Shown piece by piece: positions 1-10,100 of a stretch of 64,000 nt of DNA. Location of the stretch: the NCBI GenBank assembly GCA_036679645.1, contig JAZDCY010000014.1, positions 64,001-128,000 of the forward strand. The letters run 5' to 3'. Made by a program: the position numbers and the translations under genes. Position 1 is the first letter of the stretch. Each line of letters begins with the position of its first letter. Origin of the DNA: Gemmatimonadota bacterium (GTDB lineage: Bacteria > Gemmatimonadota > Gemmatimonadetes > Gemmatimonadales > GWC2-71-9). The notes below the pieces were generated by a model. The model worked only from the letters and a program-made list of their open reading frames with translations, was not told where the DNA came from and did no database searches.

Positions 1-2
1 GC

Positions 3-569
3 GGTATCCCGAGCAACGTTGCGCGCGATGTCAAACATGAGCTCGAGCAAACACAACGCCGGCTAGCGCGTCAGCCGGTGACGGCGCTCGAACCCAGTCC
101 CGCCGATCTTCTCGCGCGCGTACCGTTCTTCCAGGATCTCGAGCAGGCCGATCTCGACCGCGTGGTGACGCGCTTGGCACCACGCACGGTGTTCGAGGGT
201 GAGGAGATCATCCGTCAGGGCCAGAAAGGCAATTCGCTCTTCCTCGTCGCCCGTGGGGTCGTAGCCGTGTTCGTGGTGCGGGCCGGGGCGGACGAGGGGG
301 AACGGCGCATGGCGTCACTGTATGCCGGCGATTTCTTCGGCGAGATGGCGCTCCTGACCGCCGAGCGGCGTACCGCCACGGTGCGGGCCATGAGCGACTG
401 CCAACTCTACGAACTGGCCAAATCAGAGGTAGACGCCTTGTGCCTCACGTGCGCCGGAGTCAAGGAGGCGCTCGTACGCGCGTACGAGAACCGGCGACAG
501 GCGCTCGAGCGGCGACGTTCGTCACAGATTCTGCACGTGCCGCCTGAAGCGCTCGAGGAGACCGACTAG
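3..569 (+). CDS. C-terminal part of a cyclic-nucleotide-binding domain protein (5' truncated by the window edge; possibly a cation/H+ antiporter-cNMP fusion)
   Basis: The frame is open from position 3. CNB motifs IIRQGQKGNSLFLVARG, GDFFGEMALL and RTATVRA. Lies directly upstream of a K+ channel gene. Confidence 0.8.
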   Translation, partial: GIPSNVARDVKHELEQTQRRLARQPVTALEPSPADLLARVPFFQDLEQADLDRVVTRLAPRTVFEGEEIIRQGQKGNSLFLVARGVVAVFVVRAGADEGERRMASLYAGDFFGEMALLTAERRTATVRAMSDCQLYELAKSEVDALCLTCAGVKEALVRAYENRRQALERRRSSQILHVPPEALEETD

Positions 570-608
570 TCGTTGCCTCTCCTGCACTCGCATCTCATCT
601 TCACAGCA

Positions 609-1628
609 ATGCACGACGATCTTACCCAGGTACGGCGCCGCCTGGCGCTGTTCGCGCTCGTCTTGCTCCTCATGGCCGTGGCCGGAAGCATCGGGTTCGT
701 CCTGATCGAGGGGTGGACGTTCGCCGAGTCCCTGTACATGACCGTCCTGACGCTCTCCACGGTGGGGTTTGCGGAGGTCCATCCGCTCTCCACCGGCGGC
801 CGGGCATTCACGACGGCTCTGATCGTGGCGGGTATCGCCACCGTGGCCTACCTGTTCAGCGCTGTCAGCCAGTACGTGGTGAGCGGCGAACTGAGGGGCA
901 CTATCCGGAGCAGACGCATGAGACAACGCATCGAGGCCTTGACCGGCCATTACGTGGTGTGCGGATTCGGACGCGTGGGACGTGAGGTCGTCGCGGACCT
1001 ACGCGAGAAGGGACACGAGTGCGTCGTGGTTGAAATGCACTCTGCTGATCACGATCACGAGAAAGAGGACATTCTCTGGGTCAACGGAGATGCCGCAGAC
1101 GATGAGTCTTTGCGAAGCGCTGGTATCGAGCGGGCACGCGGGCTGGTGGTCGCAACGGGCGACGACCCGACGAATCTCTTCGTTACCGTCAGCGCGCACG
1201 CACTGAACCCCGACCTGTGCATCGTTGCACGCATGAACGACGAATCGTCCGGTCCCAAGCTGCTGCGGGCCGGCGCCACCCACGTCATCTCACCATACAC
1301 GATCAGCGGCCGGCGGATCGCAGCCCAATTGGTGTCGCCGGCGCTGACCGATTTTCTGGATGTCGTAATGCACTCGGGCGACCTCGAGTTGTGGCTCGAG
1401 GAGTGCCGGGTGTCAAACGACAGCGAAATCCAGGGTAAGACGGTGGGTGAAGCGAACGTGCGTCAGGCCACGGGCGCGAATGTCCTAGCAGTGCGGCGCG
1501 GCAAAGACGGCACAATTCTGACGAACCCCGCTCTGGATATGCGGTTCGAGTCCGGCGATGTGCTGATCGCGCTGGGAACGCGGGACCAGCTCAGCGAGTT
1601 GAACCGGGCTGCCGGGTTCCAGGCGTAG
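609..1628 (+). CDS. Potassium channel, 2TM pore plus TrkA-N/TrkA-C (RCK) domains
   Basis: Two TM helices around pore motif TLSTVGFAE, Rossmann VCGFGRVG, GDA motif, C-terminal TrkA-C. ATG at 609 preferred over TTG at 573. Confidence 0.9.
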   Translation: MHDDLTQVRRRLALFALVLLLMAVAGSIGFVLIEGWTFAESLYMTVLTLSTVGFAEVHPLSTGGRAFTTALIVAGIATVAYLFSAVSQYVVSGELRGTIRSRRMRQRIEALTGHYVVCGFGRVGREVVADLREKGHECVVVEMHSADHDHEKEDILWVNGDAADDESLRSAGIERARGLVVATGDDPTNLFVTVSAHALNPDLCIVARMNDESSGPKLLRAGATHVISPYTISGRRIAAQLVSPALTDFLDVVMHSGDLELWLEECRVSNDSEIQGKTVGEANVRQATGANVLAVRRGKDGTILTNPALDMRFESGDVLIALGTRDQLSELNRAAGFQA

Positions 1629-1655
1629 CAACCACACCGGGCGTGTAGGGCGGCG

Positions 1656-3044
1656 CTACCGGGGAAGCGTCTCTGCCAGATCCGCCACGACGTACGCCAT
1701 CACGGCCATCGTGGCCACACACATCGCCATCTCTCTCGGGTCGAGCTTGTCGATCGTATCGCTCGCGGTATGGTGGTACCAGAAGTAACGCGTGCCGTCG
1801 ACACGGAGTCCCATCCCCGGCACGCCCTCGCGCATGATCGGGCCGATGTCTGCGCCCCCACCGCCACGACGGATCTCTCCGGCACCGATCCGGTCGAGCA
1901 ACGCGCCCACCTGGCTCACGATCGCGTACGCGGCGTCCGATCCGGTAAAACCGAATCCGAGCGGCTGGAAAACGCCGCCATCGGACTCGATGGCCAGCAC
2001 ATGATTGTCCAACTCGCCTTCATGCTGTTCCAGATACGCTCGTCCGCCGCGTAGACCGTTCTCCTCGTTGGTCCATCCGACGACGCGTATGGTTCGCCGC
2101 GGACGCAACCCCAACGCCTTGAGCAATCGGATGGCCTCCCAAGCGGCGACCACACCACCACCGTCATCCATGGCCCCCTGGCCCACGTCCCACGAATCGA
2201 TGTGCCCCCCCATGACCACAACCTCATCGGGACGTTCAGTGCCGCGTAGCTCGGCGATGACGTTGCGGGACATCGCATCGGGAAGCGAATGCGCCGCCAT
2301 CGTGAGATGCACCACGATCCGCTCGCCGCGATCCTGCATACGCTGGAGCAGTTCCGCATCCTCGATGGTGATTGCGGCATGGGGAATACGCGGCACGCTG
2401 TCAGCATATCGCATGGCGCCGGTGTGCGGCGTTTGCTGAGAGTATGGTGTCACCGACCGGATGAGACTCGCTACCGCGCCCAGGCGCCCCGCGGCGACGG
2501 CCCCGTTCAGACGGTAACGCACGGTCCGCCCATAGCCTTCGAACGGCGCGTTGAAGAGCACGATCTTCCCGCGCGCCTCCTCTGCACGGGTTTCGAGTTC
2601 GTCGAAGGTCCCGACAACGAGAACTTCCGCCGTGATCCCTTCGGCGGGCGTCCCGATGCTCCCCCCCAGTCCCAGCATGGGCAGGCGATGCCGGCGTGGC
2701 TCGATTAGCTCGGCAGACTCCTCCCCACGCACCCAAACGGGGACCATCGCCTCTTCGCCGTGAACGTTCTCCAGTCCATCCGCCCGCATCTGCTCCAGCG
2801 TCCAGCCGATTGCACGTTCGAGACTTTCCGATCCGGACAACCGGTGGCCGAATAGATCGACAAAAAGCGCCAGCCGCTCATAGGCCGCGCTGTCCGCGAG
2901 CGCCGCCTCGATTATGCGGTCCGCAACGGCACTATACCGCTCGTCTATCGATTGCCCCCCCGCCACTCGGGGCAGCACCGGCAAGAGGGCTAAGCACAAG
3001 CCCAGCGACATGACGGCCCGGAATAATCGGCTCTTCACAAACAT
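1656..3044 (-). CDS. Secreted M28-family metallopeptidase (carboxypeptidase Q-like, PA domain)
   Basis: Signal peptide; GGHIDSWDVGQGAMDDGGG, NEENGL, IESD and YHHT metal/catalytic motifs. Confidence 0.9.
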   Translation of the reverse strand: MFVKSRLFRAVMSLGLCLALLPVLPRVAGGQSIDERYSAVADRIIEAALADSAAYERLALFVDLFGHRLSGSESLERAIGWTLEQMRADGLENVHGEEAMVPVWVRGEESAELIEPRRHRLPMLGLGGSIGTPAEGITAEVLVVGTFDELETRAEEARGKIVLFNAPFEGYGRTVRYRLNGAVAAGRLGAVASLIRSVTPYSQQTPHTGAMRYADSVPRIPHAAITIEDAELLQRMQDRGERIVVHLTMAAHSLPDAMSRNVIAELRGTERPDEVVVMGGHIDSWDVGQGAMDDGGGVVAAWEAIRLLKALGLRPRRTIRVVGWTNEENGLRGGRAYLEQHEGELDNHVLAIESDGGVFQPLGFGFTGSDAAYAIVSQVGALLDRIGAGEIRRGGGGADIGPIMREGVPGMGLRVDGTRYFWYHHTASDTIDKLDPREMAMCVATMAVMAYVVADLAETLPR

Positions 3045-3074
3045 TTCACGACACCTTTAAGGACACGAGGAGAA

Positions 3075-3092
3075 TTTGAACGGTGGTTCAAA
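3075..3092. promoter_or_regulatory. Palindromic operator TTTGAAC-N4-GTTCAAA, probable TetR binding site
   Basis: Perfect 7-4-7 inverted repeat in the short divergent intergenic region upstream of the TetR gene and bcr operon. Confidence 0.65.
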
Positions 3093-3124
3093 GAAACCAT
3101 TTTTCCCACGGGTAAGTGTACACG

Positions 3125-3724
3125 ATGTCGCAGGCCACCGCATCACCGAAGGTGCAAGCGAAGCGGCGCCGCCGTAGGGCGGAGATCCTCCAGGCGGCGC
3201 TGCGTGCCTTTCGGGACAAGGGCTATCACGCCACGACGCTCGACGATATCGCGGAGCGCATTGGGATTCGGAACACCGCCCTCTATCACTACTTCCCCGA
3301 CAAGGAAGCGATCCTCTACGCCTGTCATCGCGAGTCCCTCGCCGAGGTCGACCGCCTACTGGCCGAAGCGACGTCACACTGCGAGCGGGCGCCCGACCAA
3401 CTGACCTACATCATACGCGAGCACGTGCGCGTGATGACAGAGACGTTGCAGGGCTCTCCGCTCGGTCTCGAGGTCTCGTCGCTATCGCCAAGACACCAGT
3501 CGGAGGTCATCAGTGCGCGGGACCGGTACGAGCGTGGCTTGCGACGGATCATCATGCGGGGCCAGCGCGAGGGTGCGTTTCGGTCCGTCAACCCGAAGAT
3601 CGCCGTCTTTGCTATCCTCGGTGCGATCAACTGGATCGCCCGCTGGTACAGCCCGGACGGCTCCATTCAAACACAACAACTCGGGTCGGAATTTGCCGAC
3701 CACCTCGTTGGAGGTCTCTCATGA
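3125..3724 (+). CDS. TetR/AcrR family regulator (KstR2-like C-terminus), first gene of the benzoyl-CoA operon
   Basis: HTH ILQAALRAFRDKGYHATTLDDIA...LYHYFPDKEAIL; C-terminal NWIARWYSPDG; ATGA overlap with the next gene. Confidence 0.92.
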   Translation: MSQATASPKVQAKRRRRRAEILQAALRAFRDKGYHATTLDDIAERIGIRNTALYHYFPDKEAILYACHRESLAEVDRLLAEATSHCERAPDQLTYIIREHVRVMTETLQGSPLGLEVSSLSPRHQSEVISARDRYERGLRRIIMRGQREGAFRSVNPKIAVFAILGAINWIARWYSPDGSIQTQQLGSEFADHLVGGLS

Positions 3725-4785
3725 CGGCAACAACGGACGCGAGGCATTTCGCCTCACGACCTGCGCAGGACTTTGGCTTCTCCGACGTGCTCTACACGAA
3801 GGAGGATCAGATTGCCCGTATAACGATCAACCGGCCACACGCCTACAACTGCTACTCGACCGCTGCACTCGAGGAGTTGGCCACGGCATTCCGGGACGCG
3901 AGCTTCGACGACGCCGTCGGGGTCATCGTCTTCACGGGCGCCGGCGACCGGTCGTTCTGCACCGGCGGGGACGTGAAGGAATACGCAGACAGTTATGTCG
4001 GCACGCCGCGTGACTACTGGAAGTACATGGCGCTGTTCCGCGCGTACATCGAGAGCATCCTCAATACAGGTAAGCCGGTCGTGGCACGCCTCAACGGCAT
4101 GGCCGTGGGCGGCGGCAACGAGAGTCAACTGGCGTGCGATCTTACCGCCATGGCCCAGCATGCCTACATCAAGCAGGTGGGCACGCAGGTGGGTTCGGTG
4201 GCATGTGGTGGATCGACCCAGTGGCTCCCGCTCGTTGCCGGTGACAAGCGCGCGCGGGAGATTCTTTTCCTGAACGAGCCGATCAGTGCGGAGAAATCCA
4301 GGGAATGGGGGCTCGTGAACTGGGTGGTTCCGTCGGTGCGCCATCATGACGAGTGGGTCGAGCAGGCATCACCTGCGGAGATCAAGCAGGCCCAGAAAGG
4401 GCAGGACGGTTATCGCATCGATCTGAGCAAGCTCGACGAGTTCGTCGACGACCTTTGCAAGCGGCTGCTGGCAAGCTTCCCCGAATGTACGCGTTACACC
4501 AAACAGCAGCTCAACTTCTGGAAAGACCTTGCGTGGCACTCGACGGCACGACACGCACAGGATTGGCTTGCGCTACACTACGCCTGCTGGGAGCCGGTCG
4601 AGGGGATGCGCGCCTTTGTCGAAAAGCGCGCGCCTGACTATGCCATGCTGCGCAACCGGGCGGCAGACGGTGCATCAACCGAGCTGCCATGGGGCGCTCC
4701 CACCCGCGCGTGCAGTGCGTGCGGTTCGATCAATCTTCCGGCGGACCACGCGTTCTGCGGCGCATGCGGCCAACAGCTGTCGTAA
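3721..4785 (+). CDS. oah: 6-oxocyclohex-1-ene-1-carbonyl-CoA hydrolase (Oah/BamA/BzdY)
   Basis: Crotonase fold (FCTGGDVKEYA, NGMAVGGGNE, GSVACGGSTQWL) with C-terminal CxxC...CxxC; bcr operon context. Confidence 0.85.
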   Translation: MTATTDARHFASRPAQDFGFSDVLYTKEDQIARITINRPHAYNCYSTAALEELATAFRDASFDDAVGVIVFTGAGDRSFCTGGDVKEYADSYVGTPRDYWKYMALFRAYIESILNTGKPVVARLNGMAVGGGNESQLACDLTAMAQHAYIKQVGTQVGSVACGGSTQWLPLVAGDKRAREILFLNEPISAEKSREWGLVNWVVPSVRHHDEWVEQASPAEIKQAQKGQDGYRIDLSKLDEFVDDLCKRLLASFPECTRYTKQQLNFWKDLAWHSTARHAQDWLALHYACWEPVEGMRAFVEKRAPDYAMLRNRAADGASTELPWGAPTRACSACGSINLPADHAFCGACGQQLS

Positions 4786-5144
4786 CGGGCGCGGGGTCCG
4801 GGATCGGTCGCGCGGTCGCCGACGCCATCGCGGGTGATGCGTGGGTGGCCTCACTCGATCTGTCTTTCCCAGACGACGAAACGCGTGCGCACCACGCGGC
4901 CAAGGCCGACGTCACCAAGCCGTCAGAGATCGATGCCGCCATAGCACGCATCGTGGACGAGCGCGGTGGCATCGACTGGGTCGTCTGCGCCGCCGGCATC
5001 GTGCGCGACCGCGTCTCCTGGAAGATGTCCGACGCGGACGATGTGGCCACGGCCGTCCGGTTTCTTTGCAGCACCGGCGCCGCTTTCATCACCGGCGCGG
5101 TCTTGCCGGTCGACGGCGGCCAGCTACTGGGAGGGGCGTCGTAA
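4764..5144 (+). pseudogene. Short-chain dehydrogenase (FabG-like) with a large in-frame internal deletion
   Basis: TGAGSGIG Rossmann and AAGIVRD...KMSDAD join directly to C-terminal DVATAVRFLCS...FITGAVLPVDGG. 126 aa; no catalytic YxxxK. Confidence 0.8.
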
Positions 5145-5145
5145 C

Positions 5146-5907
5146 ATGTCTGCCATACGTCACTTCGTTCAGGACGGCATCGCCCGGGTCGCTCTCGACC
5201 ATCCCCCACTCAACATCCTGAACAGGGACGCGCTTGCCGCGCTGCGCGCCGCGCTGGCAGACCTGGCATCCGATCCCTCCGTGCGGGTCCTCGTGTTGAG
5301 CGCTGCGGGAAAACACTTCTCCGCCGGCGCGGATGTAGGCGAACACCTGCCGCCGGTGGTAGACGAGATGATCCCCGAGTTTCTCGAGACGGTGACGGCG
5401 CTCGACACGTTTCCGCTTCCAACCATCGCCGCGGTGCAGGGCAAGTGTCTTGGCGGAGGCTTCGAGATCGTACTGGGTACCGACCTCGTCATAGCCGCGG
5501 ACAACGCACTGTTCGGTCAGCCGGAGATCGTGCTCGGCGTCGTACCGCCTGCCGCGTGTGCAATGCTGCCGTCGCGCACCACGAGGGGTATCGCTGCCGA
5601 TCTGATCTTTACGGGCGACCCGTTGCCCGCCACGGAGGCGCTGCACGCCGGACTCGTGCGGCGCGTAGTGCCACTGGACGACCTCGAAACGGCCGCCCTG
5701 GACCTGGCGGCGCGGATCAGCCGGCACAGCGCGGCGGCTCTACGTGTCGCGAAACGATCACTGCGCGGTCCCGACCGCGAACACCAGGAGGCGGCAATGA
5801 CCACCGCACGCGCGGCGTACCTCGATGACCTGATGGCGACCGCGGACGCGCTCGAGGGCCTCACCGCCTTCGTCGAAAAACGACAGCCGACGTGGAGGCA
5901 CCGGTGA
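5146..5907 (+). CDS. dch: Cyclohexa-1,5-diene-1-carbonyl-CoA hydratase (Dch/BzdW-like enoyl-CoA hydratase)
   Basis: Crotonase motifs HFSAGADVGEH, CLGGGFE, FGQPEIVLGV; operon context. Confidence 0.82.
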   Translation: MSAIRHFVQDGIARVALDHPPLNILNRDALAALRAALADLASDPSVRVLVLSAAGKHFSAGADVGEHLPPVVDEMIPEFLETVTALDTFPLPTIAAVQGKCLGGGFEIVLGTDLVIAADNALFGQPEIVLGVVPPAACAMLPSRTTRGIAADLIFTGDPLPATEALHAGLVRRVVPLDDLETAALDLAARISRHSAAALRVAKRSLRGPDREHQEAAMTTARAAYLDDLMATADALEGLTAFVEKRQPTWRHR

Positions 5908-7070
5908 CGACTGCAGTCTTTACGGCGTGGCGCGACCGCTCGCTCGATGAGTCCCTGTACGAGTGCCGCGAAATGGTCGAGGATACCGACTTCCCAACGG
6001 TCCGTCGTTGGCGGGAGCAGGGCGGCAAGGTAATCGGTCACTTCCAGGTCTATTTCCCCGAGGAGATTGCGCACGCCGCCGGTGCCCTGCCATTCAAGGT
6101 GCGCGGCGCGCCCGTCGAGCCAATCCAATCCGACTCCCGTTTCGGGTCCTATCTCTGCTCCATTCTCAAGACGTCACTCGAGTTGGCACTGAGCGGCCGG
6201 GTCGAATTGGACATGTTCGTTACACACCCGATCTGTGACGCCGCCCGCAACCTCGCGGCCGTCTGGGGGCGTAACGCCGCGTATCCCTGTCAGATCCTCT
6301 ACCTGCCGCAGAACGCCAATTCGCAGCACGCAGCCACCTACCTGCGAGGGGAGTATGACCGTATCAAACGGTCCGTCGAAGAGATCGTCGGATGCGACAT
6401 AACCGATGAAGATCTCCGCCGGTCAGTAGGCGTCTTCAACGAGAATCGCGCGCTGCTTCGAGAACTGTACGAGATCAAGCGCGAAACCCCGTGGCTGATA
6501 TCCGCGGAGGACGGCTACGTCCTCGTCGCGCTGGGTGGCCTCATCCCGCGCGAGGAACACAACGAGTTGCTGCGCGCGCTGCTGCCACAAATCCGAGAGC
6601 GGCCCGGCAAGCGACAGGACCGGATCCGCATCGTGCTCGAAGGGGGGTTCTGCGAACAGCCTCCGCTAGATCTCATCCGAGCCATCGGGCGGTCGTGTTA
6701 CGTGGTGGACGACGACTTGTTGATCGGCATGCGCTGGCTCACGGACGACGTCCCGACCAAAGGCGATCCGCTCGCGAAGCTCGCGGAAGCCTATCTCGAA
6801 CGTTCCACGTACAGCCCGGTCCAGCACGACCTGCGCAAGCCCAAGGAACGCATGCTGCTCAAACGGATCGAAGGGTCGGCCGGCGAAGCTGCCGTGGTGA
6901 TGGCGGCCAAGATGTGTGAGCCCGGCCTCGAGGAGCAGGTCGTGTACACGCGCGAACTCGATACCGCGGGCATCCCGTACTTCGTGAGCGAGTTCGAGGA
7001 GAACATGACGAGCTTCGATCACCTCGAGATCCAGCTGGAAACGTTCGTGGAGAACATCTTGTTTGAGTAG
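5904..7070 (+). CDS. bcrC: Class I benzoyl-CoA reductase subunit C (BcrC/BadD; HgdB family)
   Basis: GGAGG RBS then GTG at 5904. Motifs YFPEEIAHAAG, SYLCSI, PICDAARNL, FCEQPP, KMCEPG, QLETF. Confidence 0.85.
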   Translation: MTTAVFTAWRDRSLDESLYECREMVEDTDFPTVRRWREQGGKVIGHFQVYFPEEIAHAAGALPFKVRGAPVEPIQSDSRFGSYLCSILKTSLELALSGRVELDMFVTHPICDAARNLAAVWGRNAAYPCQILYLPQNANSQHAATYLRGEYDRIKRSVEEIVGCDITDEDLRRSVGVFNENRALLRELYEIKRETPWLISAEDGYVLVALGGLIPREEHNELLRALLPQIRERPGKRQDRIRIVLEGGFCEQPPLDLIRAIGRSCYVVDDDLLIGMRWLTDDVPTKGDPLAKLAEAYLERSTYSPVQHDLRKPKERMLLKRIEGSAGEAAVVMAAKMCEPGLEEQVVYTRELDTAGIPYFVSEFEENMTSFDHLEIQLETFVENILFE

Positions 7071-7113
7071 GTGTGCAGAATGCGGAACGCATAGCGGAGT
7101 CCAATACGAACAT

Positions 7114-7152
7114 CCCCCTCTCCACGAAGTGGAGAGGGGGCAGGGGGTGAGG
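7114..7152. repeat. REP-like palindrome CCCCCTCTCCAC-GAA-GTGGAGAGGGGG followed by CAGGGGGTGAGG
   Basis: 12-bp perfect stem with 3-nt loop between bcrC and bcrB. Its 3' tail supplies the bcrB SD-like sequence. Confidence 0.7.
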
Positions 7153-7153
7153 T

Positions 7154-8455
7154 ATGAGCACAACTGCGTTAGACGAATCAATCGTCGGCAGAGGAAACCG
7201 GAACGGTGCCCGCTTGTTTCGGGAATGGTTCCAAGGGCTCACCCAGGCGGCCGAGGCAGGTCGCGGGTCGGCCTACGTCTTCGTCATGGGCAGCTTTGCC
7301 GAGTTGCTGCGGACGTTCGATTTTCCACTCGTTTTCCCGGAAATCAACTCGCTGCAAACTGCGGTACGGCATGTGGCCCATGAGTATCTCGATGAGGCGG
7401 AAGACTACGGGTACTCCCCGGACATCTGTGGCTACGTGAAGGCCGATGTCGCAACGCAGCTGCGGGGCGGCGAACATCCGATGGGGCGGATTCCCAAGCC
7501 GGCCATCGCCGTCTACACCAACGCCTGCAACACCTACATCAAGTGGGCCGAGATCTGGGAGCGGATGTACAAGATCCCCACCTTTGTGCTCGATATCCCG
7601 GGCACGCGGGCGGATGGCGCCCAGACTTACGCCGGCGACCGCGACTTCGAGAACGACCGCAAGTACGTGCTTGGTCAGTTGAGGGACTTGATCGGCTTGT
7701 GTGCAGAGGTGAGTGGCGTCCCCTTCGATATCGATCGGCTACGCGAGAGCATGGGACACGCAAACGCGATGTCGCGCGCCTGGAAGCATCTCCTGGAGTT
7801 GAATCAGGCCCGTCCGTCCGTATTCAGTGCACTCTCGGACGGAACGATCTACCTCGGTGTGGCCAACGGGTTTCGCGGCGCGGAAACAGGCGCCCGGTTC
7901 TTCGAGGAACTCGTTGACGAGATGGAATACAAGGCAGTGCACGGCATCGGCACGCTGACCGACGAGCAGTACCGTCTCATTTTTGTCGGCGTCCCATGCT
8001 ACCCGATCTTCCGCCGGTTCAACGAATTGTTTACCGATTGGGGCGGTACGTTCGTCAACTCGACCTATCTGTGGTTCGCATCTGGCGGGGCGAACCTCGG
8101 CTTCGAGTACGATCTGGCTCATCCCATCGAGAGTCTCGCAGAAGGCATCCTGCTCAGCGTGCGCGACGCCATGGACAGCATGTTCTTCCAGACGAAGATC
8201 CTGCGGACGATGGTCGACGACTTCCACGCAGACGGTGTCGTATACCACCCGATCAAGAGTTGCCGCACCGTGTCAACCGGCCTCGCCGACAACCGCCGGG
8301 CGCTCATGGCCGAACAGGATGTCGCAACACTGTTCATCGAATCCGACATGATGGACCGGCGTGTCGTATCCGAAGCGCAGCTCAAGAATAGGGTGGACGC
8401 CTTCTTCGAGGGTCTGGCGACACGACGGAACCCGACCGCTCGCACAACAGCTTAA
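7154..8455 (+). CDS. bcrB: Class I benzoyl-CoA reductase subunit B (BcrB/BadE; HgdA family)
   Basis: 433 aa; PEINSLQ, AEDYGYSPDICGYVKAD, NACNTYIKW, YHPIKSCR, FIESD...RVDAFFE. Confidence 0.85.
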   Translation: MSTTALDESIVGRGNRNGARLFREWFQGLTQAAEAGRGSAYVFVMGSFAELLRTFDFPLVFPEINSLQTAVRHVAHEYLDEAEDYGYSPDICGYVKADVATQLRGGEHPMGRIPKPAIAVYTNACNTYIKWAEIWERMYKIPTFVLDIPGTRADGAQTYAGDRDFENDRKYVLGQLRDLIGLCAEVSGVPFDIDRLRESMGHANAMSRAWKHLLELNQARPSVFSALSDGTIYLGVANGFRGAETGARFFEELVDEMEYKAVHGIGTLTDEQYRLIFVGVPCYPIFRRFNELFTDWGGTFVNSTYLWFASGGANLGFEYDLAHPIESLAEGILLSVRDAMDSMFFQTKILRTMVDDFHADGVVYHPIKSCRTVSTGLADNRRALMAEQDVATLFIESDMMDRRVVSEAQLKNRVDAFFEGLATRRNPTARTTA

Positions 8456-8473
8456 CGGGATCGAGGAGAGGTC

Positions 8474-9295
8474 ATGGCCTACGCCGCCGGCGTGGACGTC
8501 GGGTCCACACAAACGAAGGCCGTCATCATTGACGAGGCCCGTAACATCGTGAGCCGCGCGCTCACCGACACCGGGGCCAACGTGATTCGCGCCGCCGAAA
8601 ACGCTTTCCAGGAGTCCCTGCGCGCGGCCGACCTGCGTGAGGAAGAGGTCGAGTACGTCGTCGGCACCGGGTACGGTCGCTACAAGGTGACGTTCGGGAA
8701 CACGCAGGTGACCGAAATCAGCTGTCATGGCCGCGGCGCCGTCCACATGTTCCCCGCGACACGCACCGTCCTCGACATGGGCGGTCAGGACACGAAGGCT
8801 ATCAGCGTGTCGGATACGGGCGAGATCGTGGACTTCTGCATGAACGACAAGTGCGCCGCCGGTACGGGCCGGTTTCTCGGCGCAGCGTCGAGCGCGCTGG
8901 AGATCCCGCTGGACGAGCTGGGGCCGACGGCGCTCAACGGGGAGCGACCGGTGAAGATCAGTACCACCTGCACCGTCTTTGCCGAATCCGAGGTGCTATC
9001 GTGGCTCGGCAAGGGCAAGAAGATCGAGGACATCCTGCTCGGCGTGCACGAGTCGATCGCGACGCGGTCGGTGGGCCTCCTCAGACGGGTGGGCATCGCG
9101 AGCGAAGTGACGTTCACCGGCGGCGTCGCGCGCAACGTGGCCATGATCGACACGCTCAACCGGCGGCTGGGCATGGACGTGAATGTGAGCGAAGAGTCGC
9201 ACTACATGGGTGCACTGGGCGCCGCCCTCTTCGCCCTGGACCATATCGTGACGAGTCGCAGCCCCGCGAGCTCCGCCGCGCGGGAGACGGCATGA
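8474..9295 (+). CDS. bcrA: Benzoyl-CoA reductase ATPase subunit (BcrA/BadF/BzdQ-type ASKHA activase)
   Basis: [50 protein letters not shown] vs D assignment is uncertain. Confidence 0.8.
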   Translation: MAYAAGVDVGSTQTKAVIIDEARNIVSRALTDTGANVIRAAENAFQESLRAADLREEEVEYVVGTGYGRYKVTFGNTQVTEISCHGRGAVHMFPATRTVLDMGGQDTKAISVSDTGEIVDFCMNDKCAAGTGRFLGAASSALEIPLDELGPTALNGERPVKISTTCTVFAESEVLSWLGKGKKIEDILLGVHESIATRSVGLLRRVGIASEVTFTGGVARNVAMIDTLNRRLGMDVNVSEESHYMGALGAALFALDHIVTSRSPASSAARETA

Positions 9296-10098
9296 CCCAT
9301 ACCGTCGGCATCGATGTCGGCTCGACCTACACAAAGGCCGCCGTGCTCGATGCCGATCTCCACCTCGTCGGCCGCGCCATGGCACCGACCGGATTCCGCC
9401 TAACGGAGATCGCGGAGCAGACGCTGCATGCCGCCGTGGCTGACGCTGGGCTCCGGCGTGACGAGATCGAGTACGTCGTCGCTACGGGGTTCGGCAGACA
9501 CCAGGCCACCATGAGCGACGTGCGAGTCACCGATCTGACGGCCAGCGCCAGGGGAGCGGCACACCTCTTTCCCAACACGCGAACCATCCTCGACGTCGGC
9601 GGCCAGACCATGAAAGCCAGCCGGCTGGGAGACAACGCTAAGGTCAAGTCGTTCCGCCTGAACGACAAGTGCGCGGCCGGCACCGGAGCCTTTCTCGAGA
9701 AGACCGCACGCTACATGGGCTATTCCACACAGGAAATCGGTCCCCTCGTCGCCACGTCGAAGCAGGCCGTATCGATCTCAGGCGTGTGTGCGGTATTTGC
9801 GGAATCGGAGGTCATCAACCACCTGTCCGAAGGGATGGCGCCGGCCGACATCATGCACGGGGCGATCGTATCGCTCGTGGGCCGGTCCGTGCAACTGATG
9901 AAACGGGTACGCATGGAGCCCGAGTTCACGCTGATCGGCGGCATCCTGCGGTTCGAGCGAATGGTGGACGTCGTGCGCGAGCAACTGGACGCGGACGTCA
10001 ACGTCGCCCCAGGCGATTTGGTACAGTTCACGCCGGCGTTCGGGGCGGCGCTCCTGGGCCACCGCCGCCTGGCCAAACTCAAGAGCGTCGCCGCCTGA
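9292..10098 (+). CDS. bcrD: Benzoyl-CoA reductase second ATPase subunit (BcrD/BadG/BzdP-type)
   Basis: ATG at 9292 overlaps the upstream stop (ATGA). [39 protein letters not shown]. Confidence 0.8.
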   Translation: MTHTVGIDVGSTYTKAAVLDADLHLVGRAMAPTGFRLTEIAEQTLHAAVADAGLRRDEIEYVVATGFGRHQATMSDVRVTDLTASARGAAHLFPNTRTILDVGGQTMKASRLGDNAKVKSFRLNDKCAAGTGAFLEKTARYMGYSTQEIGPLVATSKQAVSISGVCAVFAESEVINHLSEGMAPADIMHGAIVSLVGRSVQLMKRVRMEPEFTLIGGILRFERMVDVVREQLDADVNVAPGDLVQFTPAFGAALLGHRRLAKLKSVAA

Positions 10099-10100
10099 GC

